Shown here: positions 37,912-48,857 of the stretch, piece by piece
Numbering within the stretch: position 1 is the first letter of the stretch
Layout: each line of letters begins with the position of its first letter
Assembly: GCA_977862235.1 (NCBI GenBank)
Contig: OZ374563.1
Span: 1,550,001 to 1,614,000 of the forward strand
Direction: 5' to 3'
Source: Dudresnaya verticillata
Lineage: Eukaryota
DNA length: 64,000 nucleotides
Program-made: the position numbers and the translations under genes
Notes under the pieces: model-generated
Told to the model about the DNA's origin: nothing
Seen by the model: the letters and a program-made list of their open reading frames with translations, nothing else
Databases searched by the model: none

Positions 37912-40268
37912 CTATGTGGCTACGTTAACGTCGCCGTCATCGTCGCTAGACGCATACTTTCCCCGCTTGGGTCGCCCCGCGAGGAGCGACCAAGTTCATG
38001 AAACGCACTCTCGCGCCTACCAAGCCGTCGCAGACGAGAAATCAACCGCTACCTGCAGCCGCCTTCGGTGTACCAGGGCTTTCCGCCTCATCGCCTTCGG
38101 CGGACTCGCGAAGAGCCGCCTCGTAGCCATCATCATCTGTCGGCGACGTAGGAGCTGGACAAGGCGGCGTGGCCGCGGGCCGCGAGGCACCGGCCACCGT
38201 CGTCGCCTTGGCTGTGGTATCCACTTGCACCTTGGACGAGGTATCGGACTGGTTAGTCGCCTTGGGCGTAGGAACAACTGTCGCGGCCGCCGGTTTCGGC
38301 GACCGCGAAGCCTCTTCCGCCACCGGCGTTGAGCGCAACGCAATCGCCTTAGGCGTCAACAGGGCATCCTTGCCCTTCGCCCCAGGCGTCTTCTGAATTC
38401 TAACCGCCTTCGGCGCAGGTTCCGAAATGATCGCCTTAGGCGCTCCGGGAATTTCCCCCGTCGATGACGTTGGGACAACTTTGCTCGCCGCAGGCGCTTC
38501 GCCACTGGAAGGCATCGTCGTAGAGGAAGAGCCCACCGCGCTCCCGCCACTAGGCGCCGTAACCGGCAGAGCCACTGACCCCCGCACAGGCGTTGCCACC
38601 GAAGTTGGAACCGTCGCCAAGACACGAGCCCACCAATCCGAGGGCAAGCCGCTCGGGTCGCTAGGCTCGACGCCTGCGGCCCGCAGGAGCGAAAGGACCA
38701 CATCGCGCTGCGCGGAGTTCCAAGTCGGCACAGCCGGAGATACTGCAACGCCGTCTTGGACGCTTGGGACTGATGGCGACGCCACTGCCACGACCGCTGG
38801 TGTTTGCACCGGGGCAGACATGACAGCGTCACCATCATCGTCAGCGACGGCTGCGTTCCCCTCGTTGGAAGCAACCGCCACTGGCGTATGAGACGGCCCA
38901 GCCGCAGTTGCTACATCCGACGCCACAGGCGATTCTACAGCAGAAGCTGACGGCTCAACCGCCATAGGCGTCGCGAAGGCCGTCCCAGACGTGTGCACCT
39001 CGGCGCTGGAAGCGTGAAAGGCGTCCTCCTCGGCTGTTAACACGGCCAAGTGGGGAGGGAAATCTCCGACAAAGTCGCACGAGGGCAGCAGCCCACGAGG
39101 GTGGCCCGACGGTACAAACCGGTCAGTACGTCGATGACGTTCAGCGATGCTTTCCGTCGTTCGAAGTTTGGTCCAAGGATTGTACCAAGTCCTGTCGCCA
39201 CAGGCGTGGTGGTTGCGGCTCATCGCGAAACGCGGGCGACGCGCCTTCCGGCGGCTGTTTTCCAGAGGGACGACCGCGGGGATATCCCAGTCGATCTCGT
39301 TCGCCACTTGGCGTAAGTCCCAGAAATCGCGGAGGTTCCACTGACCGCCGAGCGTCTCGGTGAGGTCCACATCGTTGAAAAACGCTACGATACGTGTGTG
39401 GGAGCTAGTACATCCGAAAGGTATCGTACACCTCCCACAACCACGCATAAGCGATGTTGGCAACCCACTCCGTCTGAAAGACGATCCACCACCGCGAATA
39501 CGCGTTCACTACGAGCTCCGAGCCCACGTAAGTGACGCACGGGGGTAACTCGGCAGCGAAGCTCTCGCACACTTCCATCTCACGCCACAGTGGCGGTAAC
39601 TTGACGAAACAGTTGGACACTTTTGTACGCTCTAAGCGGTCAATCTGCGTATCCTGATACGGCACCAGCACGCCCTTGCGGCGCCGGGACTCGCACTCCC
39701 AGCGAATGCACTTCTCCCAGTAGAAGGTGCCCGCTCGGTGGGAATACCGAAACTCCGCTCACAAGCGCACACCCATCACCAAGACATCGTCTCTGACGCG
39801 AGCGTCCAACGACGGAGTTATATGCGTCAACGGCAGTTCTGCCAGACGATAACCATAACCGGCCTCGCCGTGTGGGCGGAAAAACGCCGCATCCAACCCC
39901 AGCGACAACAGGACCAAGGCGGTCCCCGGGAAGCGGGCGAAGTGGCCATACACGTCAACGACGAAGCCGGCGTGCGCGTCTGCCCGCGACTGGCCCGGGT
40001 GCGCATGCACCCACTATTTCGGGACCGCGCAACGCGTCCGCCACTCCGTCGAATAGACGACTGCCAAGGGGAGTTCCCCCGGCAACATATCGCCGATGGC
40101 GTAATGCGCAATCAGCGCTTCGTTTCCCAACGCGGCCGGGTCGAACCACGGCGCCCTCGCAAAGAGGTGCGCGTGGTCGCGCGGACTCTTTCCGACAAAG
40201 TCGTGCAACGACGGGTATACCGGCATCGATGAAGGGGGCGCAATCTGCGCCCCATCGTACTGGGGCAT
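37912..40268 (-). pseudogene. Antisense accessory ORF of the Gypsy element (~780 codons, decayed)
   Basis: ORFs 40014-40271, 39759-40010 and 39405-39671 share one frame separated by single stops, then frameshift into 38042-39463. Trp/Tyr-rich globular N-half and Ala/Pro/Ser/Thr-rich tail. 3' end tentative. Confidence 0.75.
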
Positions 40269-40600
40269 CACGTCAACGACGGAAACTTAAGCGCAAGTCA
40301 CTGACGATAAGGGACTCAACACCAGTGCAATAATGTCTTCGACGAGGGGATAACACGCGCGCCTTGGACGAGGATCGCCGAACGTCAACGACGAAAGCAA
40401 AACGGCCGCTTAGCAGCACTGTCACACACGCCCCGGGCGAAGAGTCGACGTCGGTCGATAACACGCTGAAAGCGCAACGACCGCTTCAGGCGAGACTGGT
40501 CGCAAAAACGGCAACGCCGAGCAAAAGCGCACGCCACAAGCGGAGTCGCAGCCGATGGAGGTTACGCGGTACGACTGATTCGATGGATGTGTTCGCGTCT

Positions 40601-40613
40601 AAGCGGGGGGTCG
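40601..40613 (+). promoter_or_regulatory. Polypurine tract
   Basis: AAGCGGGGGGTCG immediately before the 3' LTR TG. Confidence 0.75.
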
Positions 40614-40721
40614 TGTGGCGCACGGGGGACCGGGCTTCTATTTCCTCGCCATGGGCGCCGAGAACCTCGTCGACCGACGGACGGTCACCTGGAACGGCTC
40701 AATCGCCGTTGGCGCGAACAC

Positions 40722-41662
40722 TGCGGCATAGCTGTAAGACCAGCTGTGCCACGCACGCGCAGCTGTAAGACCAGCTGCGCCACGTGTGCACTGCTGTGCG
40801 CACGCTGTCAGCCGGTGGCGCCGAAGCCCCGCTGAACTGTAAGGAAGTGCGCAGTGGCGCGCGCAGCTGTAAGACCAGCTGCGCCACGTGTGCGCTGCCG
40901 TGCGCACGCTGTCAGCCGGTGGCGCCGAAGCCCCGCTGAACTGTAAGAGAGTGCGCAGTGGCGCCCACGTGTGCACGCGTTCGCGTGTGACACTGAAACT
41001 CCCATGTAATTTCTACGTTTATTGTTTTGTAGTGTACAGCACCGTCTAGTGTAAACGGCGGTCGAACGCCCTGCTGTCCTGCGAGCTGTGCGCACGCATT
41101 CCGGCGCAGAGCCGTTGAGTATGTGACACGCGCGCGCGCACTCCGGCGTCGAGCCGTTGAGTACGTGTGGACCGTTCCGCCTACGCGCGCCCCACGGGTT
41201 ACCGTTACCCGTACGCGTCGACGCGTGTTGGGGCGCGCCGGCACACCTCCCGGGTTGGTGCCGCCGCAGGCCCTGTAGTATATCTAGTAGTCGCCCCTCT
41301 GGGCTTCAGTAAACCAGGCAAGCCAGCCTACGCCAGGCTTGCCCTTTCTGCTTTGGGTTTCTTTCCCAGTCCTTCGCCCTACGGCTTCCCTCTTTCCCTA
41401 GCCGTCTAGGCTTTCCTTTTCCTTTCCCTAGCGTCGGCTTCGTGCCGCCCCACGACGGGGACGCAGGGATCCGGCCGCTGCCGCCCGCGTACGGTACGCC
41501 CCGTGCGCGCTCAGGCTTCGACGCCGTTGATCCGCGACCGTCGACGGCGCGCGTGGCCGACACCACCGCTCTACCACCACAGCTACCACCCTTCGACGGG
41601 TCTGGGTGCGACTGATCGACCAGCGACGCTAGACGTCAGTTCGACCTGACGTCTATGCCACA
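40722..41662. mobile_element. Solo LTR (941 bp) with internal 104-bp tandem duplication
   Basis: TGCGGCATAG...CTATGCCACA termini, exact TSD AACAC. Duplication units start at 40757 and 40861. Confidence 0.9.
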
Positions 41663-41973
41663 AACACGTCATCGACGATTGGCTACGGACGCGCGGGTGC
41701 CACAACCCAGCGCCGCGCACGCCCGACGCACTGTACGGCGCGACGCTGCAGAGCGGATCTGGATGATGCATCGGGATTAACGAGGTGTAAGGGAGTTGAC
41801 TGTCAGATTGGCCCGAATCCTGATCGAATCCGGATCCGACATCCAGATCGAACATCGGGATCCGCTGTAAGGGAGACACACCTGTAATACGGTGCCATTC
41901 GCGGTCCGAATCCGGATCGCCTACAGCACCTGGCGAGTGCGCCTCTGTAAGACGTACGCGCCGGCGCACAGCG

Positions 41974-42621
41974 TGTGGAAGAATGAGCCGCAGCAGGAGT
42001 GCTGGCGCACTGTAAGTCATTTGTGCGCATCAAGGTGTAAGACGCCCACGCGCATCAAGCTGTAAGGCGCGCACAAGCACCGTGCGCTGTAAGGGCGATG
42101 CGCCTCGCTGGCGTCCCTGCTGGCACCAAAATTGATGGAAAATTGCCATTGGGTAATTTATCGTGGCCGCTCACGCGTCCCGACACGGTACTACCACTAA
42201 TCCGTATTTATAACTGACAACAGTAGTACAATTAGATTAATAATGACAGTTAGAATAGCTTAGAATAGCTCATAGGGGGTAAGAGCATTTTCGGCTCTGT
42301 ATACTTAATAGGCCCCTGAGTAGCAGGGGCCTCCTGAATAGAACCCACGGTGGGTTTCGTGTCTTAACCCTTTTTCTGGAATTCACGGACTCACCGAAAC
42401 CTGCCTTTCAGGTGCTTTACGAGCCTTGCCTCCACACGACAGTTTCTCTGTGCGAGCTCGGTGGCGCCGCCCCTTTTCCCCCTTTTCCCTTAGGCTCTGT
42501 GCCTTTCAAAGACTCTACCAACCCCTTTTCCCGAGCTACCTAAGCTAGTGTGTTGTGCACCGTCAGGACAGCTGTCCTTGCCGGTTGGCGGGTTTCTGCC
42601 TTGACGGGCAATACTACTACA
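41974..42621 (+). mobile_element. Solo LTR (648 bp)
   Basis: TGTGG...CTACA termini, exact TSD CAGCG (41969-41973 / 42622-42626). Homologous to 25946-26596. Confidence 0.92.
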
Positions 42622-43052
42622 CAGCGGCTGCATTGTCCCGGGACGTGTCAGACGCACGCCCACGCGACAACCGTCCCGGGTTTCCGCGCACTACATCATG
42701 CAGCCGCCGCGCCGCGACTCCATAGTATTATTTAGGTACCTCGTTCAGGACGTAACAGTAAAGCCCCGGTAAGCCGGTTTGGGTCTAGACTTCCCTTTCG
42801 CGACAGCGCGCACCCTACCGCTGCCCGGAAGCATAAGCGTCTACCTATCCGTGTTTCCACGTTCCTAACCGTTGTTAACGTGTTTCATTTTGGGTGTCTT
42901 TGCCCCTTTGTCCGCTCGCGCTGGGTGTTTACAGTCCGCCCTAGGCGTGTTCAACCTGCTCTACCAAGTTCGCTATTAGCGGCTACCCACCGGGCTACCG
43001 AACGGCCTGGAGGTGTTCTTCGTCTTAAGCACGACGTTTGCACGACAAGAGA

Positions 43053-43203
43053 CAGTTTTAAAACGTTGAGTCGTTGCTTGAGTGCATTTTGGATGCATGG
43101 AAGGGGTTTAAGCAGAGCTGCTACGCTCTATAGGTTAGTTCATTCTATGAAAAAGCGTTGTGTAGAGGTCGTCCTGGCAAAGGGGGAGAAGATAGATTAC
43201 TAG
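43053..43203 (+). pseudogene. Tc3-like transposase, 3' part
   Basis: QF*NVESLLECILDAWK...LVHSMKKRCVEVVLAKGEKIDY* (with one frameshift) continues the protein cut at 27875. Confidence 0.9.
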
Positions 43204-44114
43204 CTTTTCCCTTCCCTCTCAGTATTGGAGAGTGATACCGCAACATCCTAGAGTGTGTTTAAAGTTTTTGCCAGGTCTTCTTGTTGATGTCTTAAATAAA
43301 CCATAAGCCATTTGATGTTTCACTTCCGGAGTGCTAGCCGGCGATTCAGTGCGTTTTGGTGCTGCTGTGCAGCAAATGGTTTATTGATTGGTCAAAGAGT
43401 GGAGAAATTAGACCGAAAAAGGCACAGTGTCGTATAGTTTTTTCCAGGACTGTATGGCGAAGGCCGAAAGCGCCTTCGCCGCTATTCCTATTCAAAGCTA
43501 TCGTAGTTAGCGTTAATAGTTACAATGAGGTAGTGAGCGGTCGTACTCCGCCCTGCGCACGTACGGTGCTCATGACTCGGGCGCGCTCCTGCGCGGAAGG
43601 CCATGATAAGTCAGCCAATCATGGCCGGCCATCTCATTGGCGTCGTGCTGTTCCCAGCAATGCCATACAGAGTGGCCAGCAATGCATGGGGCCTTACAGC
43701 ACACCAGCACGCTCGGCGCATTACAGGCGCGTGCCACGCGCAATATTATCCGCGCATTACAGGCGCACAACAGGTGTAGTGCTTACAGCCCCTGGCGGCT
43801 CATTGTACCACACTACACTACTTTGCATTGGCCTACGTGTAATACGGACATGCCGATCTTCGAAAAATTAATATCTCAACTCGCAGCTCCCCTCCCCGCT
43901 CCCCTGCCACAAAAACCCTGGGACGTGCACCTTCTGCAGCGAACCTCCCCATTGGCGCCCACTCCACCGCATTTCCTCCGGTTGTTTTCCCAGCTCTTCA
44001 GCCCTTCTCTTTTTCTAGCAAGTCCTGGAGGAGCTTTGTACGACAGCCCGTACTATCGTCAGTCCTTGAGCTCCGTACGAAGCTACGTGAGCAACCATAC
44101 TGTTACGCTACAAG

Positions 44115-44588
44115 ATGTCAACGATGCGGCGCGGAACAGCGACTCCTGCTGCTATTCCAGTCGTTCAGGCGCTGGGCACACCGATTCTGTCAGGCGCCGT
44201 CCTCTGCGCAGTGTCGTTGGTGGCGTCTGCACGTCCGATGGCCATCGAGTTTCCAAAGCTCAGCCTCCCAAAGTTGCCGGACCTCCCAAAGTTGCCGGAT
44301 CTTGACCTTCCGAACTTTGGAAAGAAGAAGGAAGGCGCTGAGAAAGCCAAGACGGCCCCTGCCAGGGTTCCGGTTGCACGTGGCGGAAAGGTGAAGATTC
44401 GTGCAGCCAAGGGTGTGATGGGAGGTTCAAACGCTGATGCACCGACCCTGGCGGAGGTGACTGGAGAGACTTCTCAGGATTCTATTGCACCGGGGGCTGG
44501 ATGGAAGAGGTATCCCGAGAGGCGGATGCCTGGGGCGAACATGGATGGATGGAAAGAGATAGCGAAGGAAATCACGCCGAGCGTGTAG
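44115..44588 (+). CDS. Small hypothetical protein, possibly plastid-targeted
   Basis: 157-aa ORF with an Ala/Ser/Arg-rich, acid-free N-terminus, LPKLPD repeats and a compact C-terminus. Confidence 0.55.
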   Translation: MSTMRRGTATPAAIPVVQALGTPILSGAVLCAVSLVASARPMAIEFPKLSLPKLPDLPKLPDLDLPNFGKKKEGAEKAKTAPARVPVARGGKVKIRAAKGVMGGSNADAPTLAEVTGETSQDSIAPGAGWKRYPERRMPGANMDGWKEIAKEITPSV

Positions 44589-44885
44589 ATATGTTCTTGG
44601 CAAGGACGCATGCGACGAACCATATGCTGTCTCGTTCTTGACAGGCTTGGAAACACCAGTTACTATCACGACTAACGGCGGGGATACGTACGGCATTGTT
44701 AAAAAGGCAGCAACCGGTTTGTTAGTCTTCAGTTCATTTGACGTCATCTAGCCAATGCCGCAAGTCTTTACGCCATTGAAAGGATTTTAAACAAGTCTAG
44801 GCTCTCCATTCCCTACGTAACATTCTTCGCCCAACAACCCTGCCGTCCATGCTCTGCGTCGGTACCACCCTCCCCGCGACGATCC

Positions 44886-47075
44886 TCATCTCCGGTTCTT
44901 TTTCTTGCGCTGTATCCTTGAGCGTCCACTTGGAACGCTTGGAGTTTCAGCACCAGCCGCTGCTTTAGCTGTCGCTCTCTCCGCGTTTCTGACCGCAGCG
45001 GCCTCTGCAGCTGCAGCATCTGCTCCCTGTGACCCGCGGAAGTTAGCTTGCTCGTTCTTGGACTTTTTCTTCTTTTTGTATCCGGAGCGCAATGTCTTTG
45101 GCAACCATCGTTCGGGGTCCGGAGGCGGTCCCTGAGGATCAAAGTTTTTCGGCACACGCTTCTTTCTTTTCTTCTTTCTGCGGTCACGAACACTTGCGCT
45201 TTTTGCGGTAGTCGACTGGTCTTCAGCATGAGTCAGTCCGGTAACCGAACCCGGCTTCTTCATGGCAGCAATAACCCTTCTTTTCGGTGGGGGTAGATTC
45301 TCTAAGTGTTGTGGATCAATATTGGAGTACACAGAAGAAGAATTCGGAAGGTGCATTACGGCGTTCTGGGCCTCACTTGCGTCGAAATAGGATGTCGCTA
45401 CGACTAGCTGAGCTTGAGCAACCGTATCCGTCGGATCTGCCTTGACGATGTTGCGCAGCATACCAGCAGCATCTCGATATCGGCTGTTGCGAAGCAAAAA
45501 CCGGCAAATTGTCTTTCGAGCTTGCAATTCGTTCGCATCGGATTCGTTCTGTATCAAGGTCTTGAGCAGATCGTATGATGCATCTACCTCCCCGTTCTCC
45601 TCCAAAAGGGATGCTGCACTTACAATTGCAGCAGGAACCTCCGGAAATAGGTCAAGCAAAAGCGAAGCAGCCCGGTCCTTCTTCCCACTTGCTGCAGCTA
45701 GCTGAATACGAGCAGCTCGAACATCACTACCATCTCCTGCCCCTTCTAAAATTCGGTCTGCTTCTTCCGGGCTGCCCAGTTTCACAACGCGACTAGCCTC
45801 TATGAGGGGTACGAGGGGATCCGCAGGAAATTCAGACTTTAGCTTCGCCAACTCTGCCCGGCATGCCTCTTGGCGACCCATTTGTACAAGCAGAATTGCG
45901 CGGTTTCTTGCCATTGCGCGGCGCTGATTTAATGCAAGTTTCCTCTCCACCGTCTTCCCCGAGGTTGCTCTCATCTTTTTAAGGCCTTCAACGAGGGCAT
46001 CATGCTGCTCCTTGGGTAACACGGGCCTCTCGTCTTGATCGCCTGCGTTTTCCAGAGATGACTTCGCGGTTGGGCTTACATCCACTTTTCCAAACGCTAA
46101 CTGGGCAAGCGCCACCGTCAGATTGTTCGCGGCAACGGCGAGCGATGCAGGATCGGCTTTACGGTCAGCCATGATTTGCGTGTACACTTTCGCGGCTCCA
46201 GCGACATCCCCTGCTAGATGCTGCAGATATGTCTTCTGAACCTTGATCGGGGCCACAGCCTCCTCAATGTCATCCTCCTCTTCGTCAAGGTCTGCCCGGA
46301 CCAAAGCCTCTGCTTTCTCCAAACACACTTCTGCAGCAGAAAAATCCTTCGCATGGATCATAGCGCACGCTTTGTTGTATTCTAGCTCGTAACTGGCCGG
46401 AAGATCACGCACGGTTTCGGAATCATCTGGGCTGCGCCCCCCTAGGACTACGGCAGCAGCCAGATTCGTTGCCAGCTCATTCAGCAAAGACTCGAAATGT
46501 GCCAACTCCGCCGCAGTGAGCGGCGATGCAGTTGGCTTAGCTGCGCTCAGACGCCAGCGCGATGCGACAATTGGTTTCTTTCGCTGAGTCAGCTCGTCAC
46601 ATGCAGTCGAGAGCAGCGACTGATAGATAGCAGCAGCTTTGTCATACTGGCCGCTTCTGTAGTAGAGTTGGGCCTCCAGGCGACGCGCATCTTCTCCAGA
46701 GAACTGCTTGACATCTGCAACAGACTCTGCGGCACCTTCAGAGGTTACCCAGGCGAGGTAGTGTTTGGCGTACTTGACTAGACCAGAAGTAGCAGCCGCG
46801 GCTGGGGCGTCCGGTCCCTTTGTCTCGAGCAAAGCCAAGATTGGAGCAGCTTCAGCCGAGCGACCAAGGTGGATGAGCGATGCGGCACGTGCAGCATCGA
46901 TTGTATTGCGAGTAGCAGGATCATTCAAGCGCTTGCGCTTCAGCAGCTGATCTGCACGGACTACGAGCGACTCATGCTCGCCTCGATCGAAGAGCGCTCG
47001 GAGTTCATCAGTCAATGCCGATATGGATGGCGCAGAGGATGGCTTTGCTGAGCTCGTCGATGTGCTGGAAGCCAT
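44886..47075 (-). CDS. SRP72: Signal recognition particle subunit SRP72
   Basis: TPR-like helices (LEAQLYYR, SYELEYNKAC) and the C-terminal RNA-binding motif KKKRKKRVPKNFDP...PDPERWLP. Confidence 0.93.
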   Translation of the reverse strand: MASSTSTSSAKPSSAPSISALTDELRALFDRGEHESLVVRADQLLKRKRLNDPATRNTIDAARAASLIHLGRSAEAAPILALLETKGPDAPAAAATSGLVKYAKHYLAWVTSEGAAESVADVKQFSGEDARRLEAQLYYRSGQYDKAAAIYQSLLSTACDELTQRKKPIVASRWRLSAAKPTASPLTAAELAHFESLLNELATNLAAAVVLGGRSPDDSETVRDLPASYELEYNKACAMIHAKDFSAAEVCLEKAEALVRADLDEEEDDIEEAVAPIKVQKTYLQHLAGDVAGAAKVYTQIMADRKADPASLAVAANNLTVALAQLAFGKVDVSPTAKSSLENAGDQDERPVLPKEQHDALVEGLKKMRATSGKTVERKLALNQRRAMARNRAILLVQMGRQEACRAELAKLKSEFPADPLVPLIEASRVVKLGSPEEADRILEGAGDGSDVRAARIQLAAASGKKDRAASLLLDLFPEVPAAIVSAASLLEENGEVDASYDLLKTLIQNESDANELQARKTICRFLLRNSRYRDAAGMLRNIVKADPTDTVAQAQLVVATSYFDASEAQNAVMHLPNSSSVYSNIDPQHLENLPPPKRRVIAAMKKPGSVTGLTHAEDQSTTAKSASVRDRRKKKRKKRVPKNFDPQGPPPDPERWLPKTLRSGYKKKKKSKNEQANFRGSQGADAAAAEAAAVRNAERATAKAAAGAETPSVPSGRSRIQRKKKNRR

Positions 47076-47792
47076 TTAGAGAAAAAAAACAAAACAAAAC
47101 AGAGGCTCGACCCTCGAAAGCTCGCGCCAGATAGCGAAAGAGGAGGTCAGTTGACGCAGCTGTTGCGCACCCAAAGACGAAAAGCTACCGGGCGTCTCCA
47201 ATAAGCGATCAAGATGTATTCAGTGGCACAGATCTCCGCAATCCGTATCCTGCTTAATGGGATTCGTGCAAAGTCGGTGAGAAGGTGACCACCGCTTCAA
47301 CGAGAAAATGGAGTCCTCTGGAGATAAGCGCCGGTGGCGATGATGATGAAACCGCAAGGTCGTTCCGATTCCCAAATCGATTGAATGTCCAGTGTGCCCC
47401 GAGGCTGATCTTCTGTAAGGCGCATCTCTGTAATGCATAGGGACGGTCAAGCCTGACGATGCGGCCAGCCCCTGTGCCACTGCCAAAATCGTCCTCCAGT
47501 TGACCCGTTCTGAGCCTGCCTAGTGCATCGAACGATGAAGTCTTGCTCTTCAATGCGTGAATACTCTGCCGAGAGAAACAGGAACGACACCCTTGGAGCT
47601 CCACAAAATGTCTGGTTAGGACATGAGCCGTGAGATCACAAAGCTTTGTGCATCTGCCCGTCCAGAGCGTCGTTGATATCGTTTCTTTCGCTCCGCGCAC
47701 CTCCCCACGGTGGCTCTCCCTTGTGGCCTCAACCCCGTTACTTTTCCGGCCGCTCAAGGGCCCGAGACTCTTAGAGCCCTACCTCGTCAGTA

Positions 47793-48857
47793 ATGATTCA
47801 CCAGGACCTCTCCCTATCGCCTGAACAGGTCGCTGCTGTAGAACTCATTGGGCGCGCCTTTCGAGCCGGACTGCCGTTACGTCACATCCTGGACGCAGCA
47901 CACGATCAGTATGGAACAGCTGGCTGGAAGGAAGCCGCTGCTCAACGAGCTCTAATGGCCCACACCCTATCCTACATCCCGTCTCCTACTCCGCCGTTTT
48001 TCACCTTCGGCACTCGTCGCAAAGCTCGTTTCACTCGCCTTCTTTTGGATGAGATTGATCACATCCAAGACGCCGACATCGATGAGACTCTTCTTGAACC
48101 TGCCATTGCTGCATGCGAGTCTCCCACTCCTGCTCCTTGTGAGGGCGCTAGAGTGCACATAGTGCTCGACCTTCCCACTTTAAAGCGCACAAATGAGAAG
48201 GACATGGGACGTGCTTGTGTCTCGCTCCTTGTTTCGGAGCTTTTCTCCGATCTTGGTTTGCGAATTTGGGAAGCGGGCTTGGTGTTGCACAACCATCTCA
48301 CCACGAGGATATCGTCGCTGCGCGCAGATGTGTCTGGTCGCCGCGTCCTCGAAATTGGATCAGGCACAGGCCTGTCTGCAGTCGGCTTGGTTGAGGCAGG
48401 AGCGAAACACATTGTACTCACTGACTATACTGATGATATTCTGCACAACATTCGAACTAACGTCGAATGGAACATACCAAAGGACAAGCGCAAACTCGTG
48501 AAGCTGGCAAAGCTCGACGTTTTTGAAGAATCGCTCGTTAGAGACACTGTGGAATCGGAGCAGATTGACACGGTTATCGCTGCTGATGTTACCTATGATC
48601 CTGGTCTGGCCCAAGCTGTGCTTCGATCATTCCGCAACATCCTGCACACCAGGACTTGTGTCTGCTACCTGCTATGTACTGCACGAAACGAATCTTCTAC
48701 TGAGCTATTAGAAAAGCTTCTGGAGAAGAGCGGTATGGCAGTCGAACAGCTTGCAGAAGATTGCGGTGCAGAATTCTTCGACTACATGTGCAGGTGGGAC
48801 TTGAAACGCGTTTGCGTGTTGCGGCTTTCTGCACCTTACAGTAACAAATGTGTGTAG
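47793..48857 (+). CDS. Family-16 protein-lysine methyltransferase (EEF2KMT/METTL21-like)
   Basis: GLRIWEAG, VLEIGSGTG, LTD, IAADVTY motifs. Confidence 0.85.
   Translation: MIHQDLSLSPEQVAAVELIGRAFRAGLPLRHILDAAHDQYGTAGWKEAAAQRALMAHTLSYIPSPTPPFFTFGTRRKARFTRLLLDEIDHIQDADIDETLLEPAIAACESPTPAPCEGARVHIVLDLPTLKRTNEKDMGRACVSLLVSELFSDLGLRIWEAGLVLHNHLTTRISSLRADVSGRRVLEIGSGTGLSAVGLVEAGAKHIVLTDYTDDILHNIRTNVEWNIPKDKRKLVKLAKLDVFEESLVRDTVESEQIDTVIAADVTYDPGLAQAVLRSFRNILHTRTCVCYLLCTARNESSTELLEKLLEKSGMAVEQLAEDCGAEFFDYMCRWDLKRVCVLRLSAPYSNKCV

Larger units (their letters stand above)
27876..43047 (+). mobile_element. Ty3/Gypsy chromodomain LTR retrotransposon (~12.8 kb without nested inserts)
   Basis: TG...CA LTRs, TSD AAAGA/AGAGA (one mismatch), PBS, gag, PR-RT-RH-IN-chromodomain order, PPT. 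Confidence 0.95.
40614..43047 (+). repeat. 3' LTR split in three (40614-40721, 41668-41973, 42627-43047)
   Basis: Pieces are collinear with the 5' LTR after removing two TSD-flanked inserts. Confidence 0.9.
26698..43452 (+). mobile_element. Tc1/Tc3-like DNA transposon (~1.58 kb without its insert)
   Basis: TA|CAGTGGTGGCAAAAACTATACGA ... TCGTATAGTTTTTTCCAGGACTG|TA imperfect TIRs with TA TSD. Inner repeats at ~26867-26888 and ~43261-43275. Confidence 0.92.
26601..43812 (-). mobile_element. Outermost LTR, split by the Tc3-like insertion (pieces 26601-26697 and 43453-43812)
   Basis: Minus-strand start TGTGGTACAATGAGCCGC matches the TGTGGAAGAATGAGCCGC start of 41974. Joined flanks match the reverse complement of ~42280-42380. 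The far end is missing. Confidence 0.7.

Noticed and set aside
37912..40268. env gene
   Set aside because: Antisense to pol, with no clear signal peptide or C-terminal TM anchor.
42311..42400. Hammerhead ribozyme (retrozyme) in the LTR hairpins
   Set aside because: No CUGANGA...GAAA core in the correct arrangement on either strand or in sister LTRs.
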